From assembly GCA_034428575.1 (NCBI GenBank), contig DAOUHP010000079.1, forward strand, positions 1,163 through 65,162: a DNA stretch of 64,000 nucleotides, given 5' to 3'. Of this stretch, positions 53,451 to 62,240 are shown one piece after another (the first letter of the stretch is position 1; each line of letters opens with the position of its first letter). Below the pieces are notes generated by a model. It saw only the letters and a program-made list of their open reading frames with translations, was not told where the DNA came from and ran no database searches. The position numbers and the translations under genes are program-made. The DNA comes from Dehalococcoidia bacterium. Its GTDB lineage: Bacteria; Chloroflexota; Dehalococcoidia; Lucifugimonadales; Australimonadaceae.

Positions 53451-55307
53451 TTACGGTGAACCGAGCCCCGGCAGCGAAAGCCCTTCCATCGTCTCCGGGA
53501 CTACGCTGAATCGCTCGAACGGCGGCATGAAGTACGCTCCGGCGATGCGCCCGGAGAGCGCCGTCAGCAGTTCGCGGCTCAGCGCGATGCCCTCCTTGCC
53601 GCCGGCGTCGCCCCGGTACTCGGCAAGATCAATGCGCCCCATGACGTCCTCCGGCACCACGATGCCGGGAACCTCGTTGTGGAGGAAGCGCGCGTGACGA
53701 GCGTTCCGGAGCGGTAGCACGCCCATGATGACTGGCAGCGGGAAGCCTCCCAGCAGCGACCACACGCGCTCGACGTGCTCTGCCGTGTAGACCGGCTGCG
53801 TGAGCAGGAAGTGCGCCCCGGCTTTCACCTTGCGCTCCAGTACGCGAAGCTCCCTGTCCAGGTCCGGAGCGTTGAAGTTCAGCGCCGCGCCGATGAAGAA
53901 CGACGTCGGTTGCCCGATCTCCCGCCCGTTCCCGTCCACGCCCTCGTTGAAACCCGCCATGAGCCGGATCAACCCGGACGCCGTCACGTCGGTCACCGCG
54001 GTTGCGTAGGGATAGTCGCCCGTGAGCGGAACGTCGCCCATCACCGTAAAGACGTTGCGCAGCCCGAGCGCGTGGGCGCCCAGCAGGTCCGAGTGCAACG
54101 CCAGCAGGTTGCGGTGGCGGATGGCCATGTGCATCACCGTTTCCACACCCAGCCGGGACTGCACGAGGTTTCCCGTGGCGAGTGCGCTCATCCTCCCCTG
54201 CGCGCGCGGGCTGTCCGCCACGTTCACCGCGCTGACGCTCCCGGCGATGCCGCGCAACTTATCCAGCGTTCCGCTGATGTCGAACCCGCGCGGCGGCGCC
54301 AGTTCCACCGTAACAACGAACTCTCCCCGCGCGATGCGTTCCGCCAGCCCCGTCGGCGGAGCAGCCGGAGCCTCGATGCGCTGCGGTCGTGGAGCGGCCG
54401 GTGCGGGCGGGCGTCGCGCTGAGGACTGGAGAACACCCCGCACCGCATCTCGCACCGCGGCGATATGCGCAGGCGTCGTTCCACAGCATCCCCCAACGGC
54501 AGCCGCGCCTGCGCGCGCTATCTCCCGCGCCGTCTCCGCAAAGTATTCCGGCGGCGCCGCGTACTCCAGCCGTCCATTCACATAGGCAGGGAGTCCCGCG
54601 TTCGGTTGAACGATGAGCGGCACGGTGGCGGTCGCCGCCATGCGTTCGACGACGCTCAGCAGCAGATCAGGCCCCACGCTGCAGTTCGCGCCCAGCGCAA
54701 GCAGCCCCGCCTCGTTCAGCGCCGCGACCACGTCATCCGGCGAGTCGCCGGTCGGTGTAAGGCCGTCGCCCGTGAAGGTCATCTCAGCGATAACCGGAAC
54801 GTCTGATACGGACTGCGCCGCCTCGACAGCTTGCCTGAGCTGCGCGAGCGACGTGAAGGTCTCCAGCAGGATGAGGTCTGCCCCGGCATCGGAGAGTGCA
54901 GCAGCCTGCTCTGCGAACACGTTCCATGCCGACGCCGGGGAGAACAGACCTGCTCCGGTTGCGTCCGGCGGCAACGGGCCCATCGAACCCGCCACCCAGA
55001 CGTTCTGGCCGTGCAGCCGCGCCGCTTCCTTCGCCAGCGCGACACCGGCGTGGTTCAACTCTTCGACGCGCGAGGCCATGCCGTACATGCCGAGCTTGGC
55101 CGCATTCGCGCCGAACGTGTTGGTCTCTATCAGCTCAGCGCCCGCTCGAAGATAGGTGAGGTGCACGCCCTTCACGATGTCCGGTTGCGCGACGTTCGCC
55201 GGTTCCAGCAGCGCTGCTGTCAGACCGTGCGCGTACAGCTGCGTGCCGGTAGCACCGTCGCAGAGCAGGAGACCACGGGATAGGCGTTCGGAGAGCGAGA
55301 GAACCAT
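53451..55307 (-). CDS. Bifunctional homocysteine S-methyltransferase / 5,10-methylenetetrahydrofolate reductase
   Basis: 618 aa. The N-terminal Hcy-binding domain has LLCDGATGTQL ... GGCCGTTP. The C-terminal MTHFR-like domain has VTVELAPPRG ... AVNVADSPRA ... FFIGAA. GGGAGG SD. Confidence 0.8.
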   Translation of the reverse strand: MVLSLSERLSRGLLLCDGATGTQLYAHGLTAALLEPANVAQPDIVKGVHLTYLRAGAELIETNTFGANAAKLGMYGMASRVEELNHAGVALAKEAARLHGQNVWVAGSMGPLPPDATGAGLFSPASAWNVFAEQAAALSDAGADLILLETFTSLAQLRQAVEAAQSVSDVPVIAEMTFTGDGLTPTGDSPDDVVAALNEAGLLALGANCSVGPDLLLSVVERMAATATVPLIVQPNAGLPAYVNGRLEYAAPPEYFAETAREIARAGAAAVGGCCGTTPAHIAAVRDAVRGVLQSSARRPPAPAAPRPQRIEAPAAPPTGLAERIARGEFVVTVELAPPRGFDISGTLDKLRGIAGSVSAVNVADSPRAQGRMSALATGNLVQSRLGVETVMHMAIRHRNLLALHSDLLGAHALGLRNVFTVMGDVPLTGDYPYATAVTDVTASGLIRLMAGFNEGVDGNGREIGQPTSFFIGAALNFNAPDLDRELRVLERKVKAGAHFLLTQPVYTAEHVERVWSLLGGFPLPVIMGVLPLRNARHARFLHNEVPGIVVPEDVMGRIDLAEYRGDAGGKEGIALSRELLTALSGRIAGAYFMPPFERFSVVPETMEGLSLPGLGSP

Positions 55308-55393
55308 GGGCAGGAACCTCCCACGATTGTAACAGCGCCCCTGCCTCCATTGTGTGAGAGCAACCCGGAGGTCTAGACTGCGCCTCGCTTCTC

Positions 55394-57004
55394 ATGACAG
55401 GCCCAGATCTCACGCTCATCAACTGGCTGCTGGCCGTCTCGCCGGTCATTCTCCTCGTGGTCGCCATCATCTGGCTGAACTGGAGCGCGCCGCGCGCCGG
55501 GGCTGCCGCATGGCTGCTCGCCCTTGCGCTGGCGCTGCTCGTCTTCGGCGCAGCGCGGGACCACGTCGCCATAGCGAGCGCCAAGGGCCTCAGCCTCGCC
55601 GTCTTCGTGCTCACCATCGTCTGGACTTCGGTCTACCTGTTCAACATGGTGGACAAGCTGAAGGGCATCGACGCCATCGGTCGGACGATGGCGAGGCTCG
55701 CCAGCGACCGGCTGGTGCAGGCGCTGCTCATCGGGTGGGGTTTTTCCAGCTTCATCCAGGGCATCACTGGGTTCGGCGTACCCGTGGCCGTCTCGGCCCC
55801 GCTCCTTATCATGCTTGGTTTCCCGCCTGCTCGCGCCGCCGCGATGGCGCTCGTAGGGCACGGCTGGGCTGTGACGTTCGGCTCGATGGGCTCGTCCTAC
55901 TACACCATCCAACTGGTCACGGGCATCGAGGGCGACGTCATCGCTCCGCACATGGCGCTGCTCTTCGCGCCCATCATCGTCGCGAGCGGCATGCTGGTTG
56001 CCCATATACAGGGCGGGATGAGTGCGCTCCGGCGCAGCCTGCCGATGGTGGTCATCGCCGGCTCACTCATGGCCGCGGCGATGTACGCGCTCGCGTTGGC
56101 CGGCGCGCCCCAGATTGCGTCCACCGTCCCCGGCGTCCTCGGCATGGTGGTGCTCGCCCTGCTCTCCCGCACGCCGTTGCTGCGAGGTGCCCCGCAGGCG
56201 CAGCCCGTGCCCGACACGCCACCCGCCGGAGCGGCAGACGAACCCACCACTCCTCCGATGCCCTTCATCCTGGCCTTCATGCCCTACCTGCTCCTCATCA
56301 CGCTGAGCGTCATCTCCCAGATCGGCCCTGTGAAGGACGCGGTGCGCGGCATCCACTGGTCGCTCGACTATCCCGCGTTCACTACGGCCCAGGGGTTCGC
56401 GGTAGCCGCCGCCAACGACTACGCGCCCATACGCATACTCAACCACCCCGCCCCGCTCATCTTCTTCAGCATCGTGCTCAGCGCAGGGGTGTACGTCCTG
56501 GCGAAGCGCTGGCGTAAGGGCGTGGCCTGGGAGGCGGCGAGACTGACCTACGGACAGAGCCTGAGCTCCACCATCGGCGTAACGACGATGGTGATGATGG
56601 CCGTCGTCATGGCGGATACCGGCATGACCGTGCTGCTCGCCCGCGGTATCGCCAACGCCTCCGGCCCGCTCTTCCCGTTCGTCTCTCCGTTCATCGGCCT
56701 GCTCGGCTCGTTCATGAGCGGAAGCAACACGAATTCGAACGTCATGTTCGGCCTGCTCCAATTGGAAACCGCAAGGGCGCTCGACATCGGCACCGTGACC
56801 ATCTCCAGCATCCAGTCCATCGGTGCGTCCGTCGGCAGCCCCATGGCTCCGGCAAAGGTGCTCGTCGGCGCTGCGGTTGTGGGTCTTGCGGGGAAGGAGC
56901 GGGACATATTCCGCATCGTCATCCCGTACATCCTCGGACTCGTCGTGCTGGCGGGCATCGAGGCAATCATCATCATCGAACTGCTGCCCGCGTTATCGAG
57001 GTAA
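55394..57004 (+). CDS. L-lactate/glycolate permease (LctP family)
   Basis: 536 aa and polytopic. SFIQGITGFGVPVAVSAPLLIMLGF and GSFMSGSNTNSNVMFG are LctP-like signatures. Confidence 0.8.
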   Translation: MTGPDLTLINWLLAVSPVILLVVAIIWLNWSAPRAGAAAWLLALALALLVFGAARDHVAIASAKGLSLAVFVLTIVWTSVYLFNMVDKLKGIDAIGRTMARLASDRLVQALLIGWGFSSFIQGITGFGVPVAVSAPLLIMLGFPPARAAAMALVGHGWAVTFGSMGSSYYTIQLVTGIEGDVIAPHMALLFAPIIVASGMLVAHIQGGMSALRRSLPMVVIAGSLMAAAMYALALAGAPQIASTVPGVLGMVVLALLSRTPLLRGAPQAQPVPDTPPAGAADEPTTPPMPFILAFMPYLLLITLSVISQIGPVKDAVRGIHWSLDYPAFTTAQGFAVAAANDYAPIRILNHPAPLIFFSIVLSAGVYVLAKRWRKGVAWEAARLTYGQSLSSTIGVTTMVMMAVVMADTGMTVLLARGIANASGPLFPFVSPFIGLLGSFMSGSNTNSNVMFGLLQLETARALDIGTVTISSIQSIGASVGSPMAPAKVLVGAAVVGLAGKERDIFRIVIPYILGLVVLAGIEAIIIIELLPALSR

Positions 57005-57007
57005 GCC

Positions 57008-57178
57008 ATGCTCTCAGCCGCAACGAAACGTAAGCTCCGGCACGTCGTCCTCGCAGGCACGATCATCAGCTTCCCGCTGCTCTACCTCGGCCCCGTCACG
57101 CTGGAAGATGCGGTTGTAACGATTGCAGGACTCGCTGTAGGCATCGTAACCGCGGTGCTCGCATGGCTCGCATTCTAG
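57008..57178 (+). CDS. Candidate small membrane protein (56 aa, below the ORF-track cut-off)
   Basis: The ATG lies 3 nt after the lctP stop codon, with GAGGT 5 nt upstream. My own translation is MLSAATKRKLRHVVLAGTIISFPLLYLGPVTLEDAVVTIAGLAVGIVTAVLAWLAF, which has two hydrophobic helices and GC-rich third positions. Confidence 0.45.
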   Translation: MLSAATKRKLRHVVLAGTIISFPLLYLGPVTLEDAVVTIAGLAVGIVTAVLAWLAF

Positions 57179-57190
57179 GAGGGATCCCCG

Positions 57191-57970
57191 ATGACGAACG
57201 CACAGCCCGACAGAAGCTCGCAGAGCCAGTTCGGACGGCTCGCCGGAGCCTACGGTGCGAGCAAGACACACGCACAGGCCGGCGCGCTCGCATCCGCCGC
57301 TTCCATGCTGACCGACCGCCGGTACGGAACGGCCATGGATATCGGCGCGGGGCCGGGCTTCACCGCGTTCGCCGTCGCCGACCGCTGCGATCGTGTGATC
57401 GCAACCGACGTAACGCCGGAGATGCTGGAGCAGGCGCGCTCGCTCCGGGACGAACGCGGAGCCCCGCACACCGAACTGATGCTGACCGCCGCTGAGTCCC
57501 TGCCCTGCCGGGACGCCAGCCTGGACCTCATAACGTGCCGCACCGCCGCACACCACTTTCTGAACATCGACGCTTGGCTGAGAGATGTGCACCGCGCGCT
57601 GACGCCCGGTGGCGAACTCATCCTCATCGACACGATCTCGCCTGATGACACGGAAGCCGAGACCTGGATGCACGGTATCGAGATCTGGCGTGACCCTTCC
57701 CATGTGCGGAACCCCACTCAGGCGGAATGGCTGAGCGCTATCGAACGCGCAGGCCTGCGTGTCGTCGAAACCGCGCTATCGCGCGTTGACCTCGAGTACC
57801 CCGACTGGACGGAGCGTGCGGGGATGCCTGAAGAGGAAGCCGCTCGATTGGGACAAGCGCTCAGAGATGCGCCTCCGGCTGCGGCGCAAGCCTTCGGCAT
57901 CACGCCCAGGGCGGACGGCCTGATCGAGTTCTACTGGCCTATACTGAGCGTCAAGGCGGTCAAGCCGTAG
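57191..57970 (+). CDS. Class I SAM-dependent methyltransferase
   Basis: Motif I MDIGAGPGFTAF, an acidic loop VIATD, and post-I/II motifs LDLITC and GGELILID. AGGAGGG SD. Confidence 0.8.
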   Translation: MTNAQPDRSSQSQFGRLAGAYGASKTHAQAGALASAASMLTDRRYGTAMDIGAGPGFTAFAVADRCDRVIATDVTPEMLEQARSLRDERGAPHTELMLTAAESLPCRDASLDLITCRTAAHHFLNIDAWLRDVHRALTPGGELILIDTISPDDTEAETWMHGIEIWRDPSHVRNPTQAEWLSAIERAGLRVVETALSRVDLEYPDWTERAGMPEEEAARLGQALRDAPPAAAQAFGITPRADGLIEFYWPILSVKAVKP

Positions 57971-57997
57971 CCGCAAGTCCATGCTCGGAGTGCTCCG

Positions 57998-59791
57998 ATG
58001 GTTGCCAATGATGCTCACAACATAAGCACGGCAGATGAGAATGTCCCGCTCAGTGCCATATTCGATGTGATCGGCACTCATGCGCGGGACGTAGTGTCCA
58101 CCGCTTTGGAACATAGACCGGCGGCATCGGAAGGCGCTCGGGCCGCGCTGAATGCCGCGGTAGATAACTCCGGAATCGCTATCAAGGGGTTCAAGAAACC
58201 GAGCATGGCCCGCCCAGGCGCGCTCAACGATCTCGTCCTCCTGGAACTGTTCGACGGCAATGACAAGCTGGCAAGCGCCATCTTGCGGGTGTGGGCTGAG
58301 GCCAGTCCGGAGATCGTGCGCATCGCCACCGATCACTTGAACGACAAGGGCGTGCCGATCGTCGAGAGGGGCGACCACTTCCACGCGGTCTGGCCCAAGC
58401 ATGAATGCCTGCTTGAAGGAAACATGCTCTCCGTACAGCACTCCGGGTTTAATCACTATGACATCGCCCTCATGCTCTCTTACCTATCGGGACGCTTCCC
58501 CGAGGACGAAGTGTTCGAGTCCGACCTCTTCAGACAAGTCCTCGATCAGATGAACGACCTCTCCCCCGATGCCCCTGAATGGGTTGAGGCGCCCCTGTTC
58601 ATCTCCACTATGGTGGAGATGGTTTCCGTAAAGACCTCTGAACGAAACTCCACCCTCCGGGAGGAGTTCGATGGCATGCTCGACGACATCGCCGAACGGT
58701 TCAAAGACGAACTGCGCTATCTGGATGTGGACATCAGCGGGGCACGCGAGGATGTCGACGCCCATCCGGACCTCATCGAACCGGCGCGCGTTCTCATGAA
58801 CGCGCTGGAGTCCGCCTTGGAGGCATACGCCGAGATACGCCCTCAGGCTGACACCAGGGAAGAGGAGCTGCGGCGCGCCGACGAGAGGGAAGAACACGAA
58901 GGAGAGATATACAGAGTTGTCCATACCTGGGAAGAACTGATAGCCGCAGCGGACGAAATGGAGGACGCCGACGAACAGTTGACAGACGGGCCGGACGCTC
59001 CTGCAGACATAACTGTTCGGGAGTACGAGGCGCTGGCGGATGCACAACAGGAACTCGCCGCGGAGAACGCCCGCCTCGCGGAAGCCAACGCCGTCCTGGA
59101 GCAGAACCGGGGCAAACTCCAGGCAGAGAAAGAAGCCCTCGCCGCTGAGAACGTCAGCCTCACGCAGGCCAACGACGCCCTGCAACACGCCACCGACAAA
59201 CTCCGCATGGAGAAAGAAGCAGAGAGCAATGAGAACAGCAGACTGAAACGCGAGTTGCGCGAGAGCAAACAGCGCGAAGAAGCATGGCGGGGCGCTCCTG
59301 CACCCACTCGCTCTGAGGCGAGCGACGCAGAGGGCATTCACTCCCGAATAGAGAGCGTGCGCAACGCCATCGCGGCAGCGGAGAGCAACTTCTCCGGCCA
59401 ACTGGTCATCGCGCTGAATTCACGATCGAAAGAGGACACTCCCTTCCAGCGTCCCTCCGAGGTCTACGACGCGCTGGCCTGGCTCGCAGCCGACTACCGC
59501 CGTGTCCGGAGCAACCCCGCCGGGGCCGACCCCGATTTCGACAAGATGCTCAAGGAGGCATGCCCAGGTTGGTCATACGTCCCGCACCAATCTGCGGTGA
59601 CTATCGGCATGTTCAAGGACTGGTACTACACCACTGCAGGCGGAGTGAAGTACGAACTGACAGAACACCTCGGTAGGGGTAGCAGTGGCAACCCCCAGTA
59701 CACTATCCGCATCGCTTTCGCGTGGGACGCCGACCTGGGGCAGGTAGTGGTCGGGTACATCGGTCACCACCAGCGGAATCAAGGGAGCTAA
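57998..59791 (+). CDS. Hypothetical acidic protein with a central coiled coil (597 aa)
   Basis: A long uninterrupted ORF with GGAG 7 nt upstream. The central heptad-like region reads AENARLAEANAVLEQNRGKLQAEKEALAAENVSLTQANDALQHATDKLRMEKEAESNENSRLKRELRESKQREE. I recognise no family in the N- or C-terminal domains. Confidence 0.6.
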   Translation: MVANDAHNISTADENVPLSAIFDVIGTHARDVVSTALEHRPAASEGARAALNAAVDNSGIAIKGFKKPSMARPGALNDLVLLELFDGNDKLASAILRVWAEASPEIVRIATDHLNDKGVPIVERGDHFHAVWPKHECLLEGNMLSVQHSGFNHYDIALMLSYLSGRFPEDEVFESDLFRQVLDQMNDLSPDAPEWVEAPLFISTMVEMVSVKTSERNSTLREEFDGMLDDIAERFKDELRYLDVDISGAREDVDAHPDLIEPARVLMNALESALEAYAEIRPQADTREEELRRADEREEHEGEIYRVVHTWEELIAAADEMEDADEQLTDGPDAPADITVREYEALADAQQELAAENARLAEANAVLEQNRGKLQAEKEALAAENVSLTQANDALQHATDKLRMEKEAESNENSRLKRELRESKQREEAWRGAPAPTRSEASDAEGIHSRIESVRNAIAAAESNFSGQLVIALNSRSKEDTPFQRPSEVYDALAWLAADYRRVRSNPAGADPDFDKMLKEACPGWSYVPHQSAVTIGMFKDWYYTTAGGVKYELTEHLGRGSSGNPQYTIRIAFAWDADLGQVVVGYIGHHQRNQGS

Positions 59792-59805
59792 GGAGAAGGC
59801 TCTGT

Positions 59806-60990
59806 CTAGTCCACCCCGCGCAGCGCCCGCTGCGCGGCAGCGACGCCCGCGCCCGCCTGCGTCTCGTAGCCCTGGTCGCCCATCGCCTCTTCCAATGCGC
59901 CCAACACGGTGAGCACGTTGGGGCTGGTGCTGTTGTGGCCCATCAGCCCGATGCGCCACGCCTTCCCCGCGAGCGCCCCAAGGCCGCCGCTGAGCTCGAT
60001 GTTGTGCCTGTCCAGCAGATAACGGCGTGCTTGCGCCTCGTCAACCTCTTCCGGCGCGTGAACGGCGGTGAGGCTTGGCAACTGCACCTCCGGGTCTGCC
60101 ACCAGGCCCAACCCCATCGCCTGCAGTCCGGCCCGGAGCGCCCCCCCGTTCCTTGTATGGCGTTCCCATCGCGCCTCGATACCCTCTTCCGCTATAAGCC
60201 GGAGCGCCTCGCGCAGCGCATAGATCATGGAGATGGGCGCGGTGTGGTGATACGCGCGCCGGTCCCAGTAGCTGCTTAATTCGGTGAGGTCAAGATAGAA
60301 ACTCCGCACTTTGCCGGTGCGGCTTTGCAGGGTCTCCACCGCCCGGGGACTCAGCGTGAGGGGCGCAAGCCCTGGAGGCGCGCCGACGCACTTCTGTGTG
60401 CAGCTGTAGCAGACGTCCACGCCCCACTCGTCCACGCGCAGTTCCACGCCGCCGAGCGAGGTGACCGCGTCCACAACCAGCAGCGCGCCGGCCTCATGTG
60501 CAACGTCCGCTATCTCCTTGATGGAAGTCGCCGCGCCGGTGGATGTCTCTGCGTGGACCACGCCCACCGCTTTCACTTTCCCCGCCGCGGAGACCGTCTC
60601 ACGCAAGCGGTCCACATCCACAGGTTTACCCAACTCGTGCTCGACTCTGATGACATTCGCGCCGCTGCGCTCTGCGATCTCGCCCAGCCGCTGCCCGAAA
60701 TAGCCATTGATCCCTACCACGAATGTGTCGCCCGGTTCGATGATGTTCACCATCGAGGCTTCCATCCCTGCGGTGCCGGTGCCGGAGATGGGGATCGTCA
60801 CCGCGTTCTCCGTCTGGAAGACGTAGCGCAGCAGCGCGCGCACGTCGTCCATCACGGCGAGGAAGTTCGGGTCCAGGTGCCCGAGGAGCGAGGAACTCAT
60901 CGCCTGCAATACGCGAGGGTGGACGTTTGAAGGTCCAGCTCCCATGAGCAGCCGGTAGGGAGGCGTGAAGGCAGCGGTCTCTTGTGTCAT
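59806..60990 (-). CDS. Class V aminotransferase (alanine-glyoxylate / serine-pyruvate aminotransferase-like)
   Basis: 394 aa. LLMGAGPSNVHPRVLQAM, ISGTGTAGMEA and the PLP-lysine context YSCTQKCVGAPPG. Confidence 0.8.
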   Translation of the reverse strand: MTQETAAFTPPYRLLMGAGPSNVHPRVLQAMSSSLLGHLDPNFLAVMDDVRALLRYVFQTENAVTIPISGTGTAGMEASMVNIIEPGDTFVVGINGYFGQRLGEIAERSGANVIRVEHELGKPVDVDRLRETVSAAGKVKAVGVVHAETSTGAATSIKEIADVAHEAGALLVVDAVTSLGGVELRVDEWGVDVCYSCTQKCVGAPPGLAPLTLSPRAVETLQSRTGKVRSFYLDLTELSSYWDRRAYHHTAPISMIYALREALRLIAEEGIEARWERHTRNGGALRAGLQAMGLGLVADPEVQLPSLTAVHAPEEVDEAQARRYLLDRHNIELSGGLGALAGKAWRIGLMGHNSTSPNVLTVLGALEEAMGDQGYETQAGAGVAAAQRALRGVD

Positions 60991-61055
60991 ACGGCATTCT
61001 CGACAGTATGGAGTAGACCCTGCGGCGGCGGACGCCCGGGCGCGGGGTGGAGTGC

Positions 61056-61064
61056 ATTATAGCA
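61056..61064 (-). promoter_or_regulatory. Extended -10 promoter element (TGCTATAAT) for the aminotransferase gene
   Basis: Minus strand reads TGCTATAAT, about 65 nt upstream of the ATG at 60990. The -35 box is poor (TTCTAC). Confidence 0.4.
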
Positions 61065-61334
61065 ACTGCTCTGTTGCCGTAGAAGAACCCGGCGTCGTTT
61101 CTAAGAGAAGTTTGGGAAATACCTACAACATGTTGTGGCTGGGATCGTCGCACACTGTGCCCATTGCAGAACCGCTACCCTTTTCGTGTGGCAGCCGTCT
61201 GGTGGAAGGCCCAGCGTGAGCCGCATAAATCCGATTGAATGCTATGCAAACGCATTGATTCAGTCTTAGACAACGTCTAACGTTTTCCTACACGTTGCCA
61301 CCGGAGCGAACGACACCGGAGCAGAACCAGTCCA

Positions 61335-62240
61335 ATGACCGACAACAGCCACATATACCATGATCCGGTCATGACCGCGGAGGTCATTACCGGGCTCGCC
61401 GTCCACCCTGGCGGAGCCTACGTTGACTGTACGCTCGGCGACGCGGGACACACCGTGGCCATCCTTGAAGCGTCCTCTCCGGATGGACGAGTCCTCGGCC
61501 TGGACGCTGACCCGGAGGCGGGGCCGCCCGCAACTGAGCGCCTGCGCCGCTTCGGCGACCGCGCCGTCCTCGTCAACGCCAACTTCGGCACGGTTGCCTC
61601 GCAGGCCCGCACCCACGGTTTCATACCCGCCGACGGTGTGCTGTTCGACCTGGGGCTTTCCTCTCGCCAACTGGACTCCGAGGAGCGAGGTTTCAGTTTC
61701 CGGCGCTCCGCTCCGCTGGACATGCGGTTCACGCCTGAGGGGCCTTCAGCCGAGGACCTCGTTAATGGCCTCCCTGAACAGGAGCTCGCGAACCTGATCT
61801 ACCAGCTGGGCGAGGAGCCGCGCTCACGGCGTATCGCACGTGCCATCGTCGCCGCCCGGCCGCTGACCGATGCCGTCGAGCTCGCGGAGATCGTTGCTCG
61901 CGCGTCCGGCTACCGAAGGGGCCGGACCCATCCCGCCACGCGCACCTTCCAAGCGCTCCGCATGGCCACGAACGATGAGATCGGCAACCTTCGGCTCGCC
62001 CTCAGCCAGGCCGCCTCCGTCCTGAACATTGGAGGACGTCTGGTGACCATCGCCTACCACTCCCTCGAAGACCGGGAGGTCAAGCGTTTCGTCAATAGCG
62101 GCATGGTCCGCCCCATAACGAAACGAGTGATCAGGCCGGGCGCCGAGGAGATTGCCCGCAACAGGCGCAGCCGCAGCGCGCGCATGCGCGTTGCCGAACA
62201 CGTAGGAATTCGGAAGGGGTCTGATGACAAACTCGCGTGA
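61335..62240 (+). CDS. rsmH: 16S rRNA (cytosine1402-N4)-methyltransferase RsmH (MraW)
   Basis: HDPVM, DCTLGDAGHT, DLGLSSRQLD..RGFSF and SLEDR motifs in RsmH order. Confidence 0.9.
   Translation: MTDNSHIYHDPVMTAEVITGLAVHPGGAYVDCTLGDAGHTVAILEASSPDGRVLGLDADPEAGPPATERLRRFGDRAVLVNANFGTVASQARTHGFIPADGVLFDLGLSSRQLDSEERGFSFRRSAPLDMRFTPEGPSAEDLVNGLPEQELANLIYQLGEEPRSRRIARAIVAARPLTDAVELAEIVARASGYRRGRTHPATRTFQALRMATNDEIGNLRLALSQAASVLNIGGRLVTIAYHSLEDREVKRFVNSGMVRPITKRVIRPGAEEIARNRRSRSARMRVAEHVGIRKGSDDKLA

Noticed and set aside
55308-55393. SAM or cobalamin riboswitch upstream of the homocysteine methyltransferase/MTHFR gene
   Set aside because: The divergent gap shared with lctP is only 86 bp, too short for those aptamers. 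I could not find their conserved cores.
55354-56517. 387-aa plus-strand ORF in another frame of the lactate permease region
   Set aside because: It is an Arg/His/Pro-rich frame-shifted shadow of the clearly polytopic LctP ORF (55394-57004).
57776-59401. Minus-strand ORFs 57776-58456 and 58484-59401
   Set aside because: They are antisense to the methyltransferase 3' end and to the uninterrupted 597-aa plus-strand ORF. Their composition is Leu/Arg/Phe/Cys-rich with no ribosome-binding site. The plus-strand reading is longer and has a GGAG SD.
60965-61219. 84-aa plus-strand ORF upstream of rsmH as a possible mraZ
   Set aside because: It overlaps the aminotransferase start and its promoter. The sequence (MKAAVSCVIRHSRQYG...) has none of the duplicated SpoVT/AbrB-type MraZ motifs.
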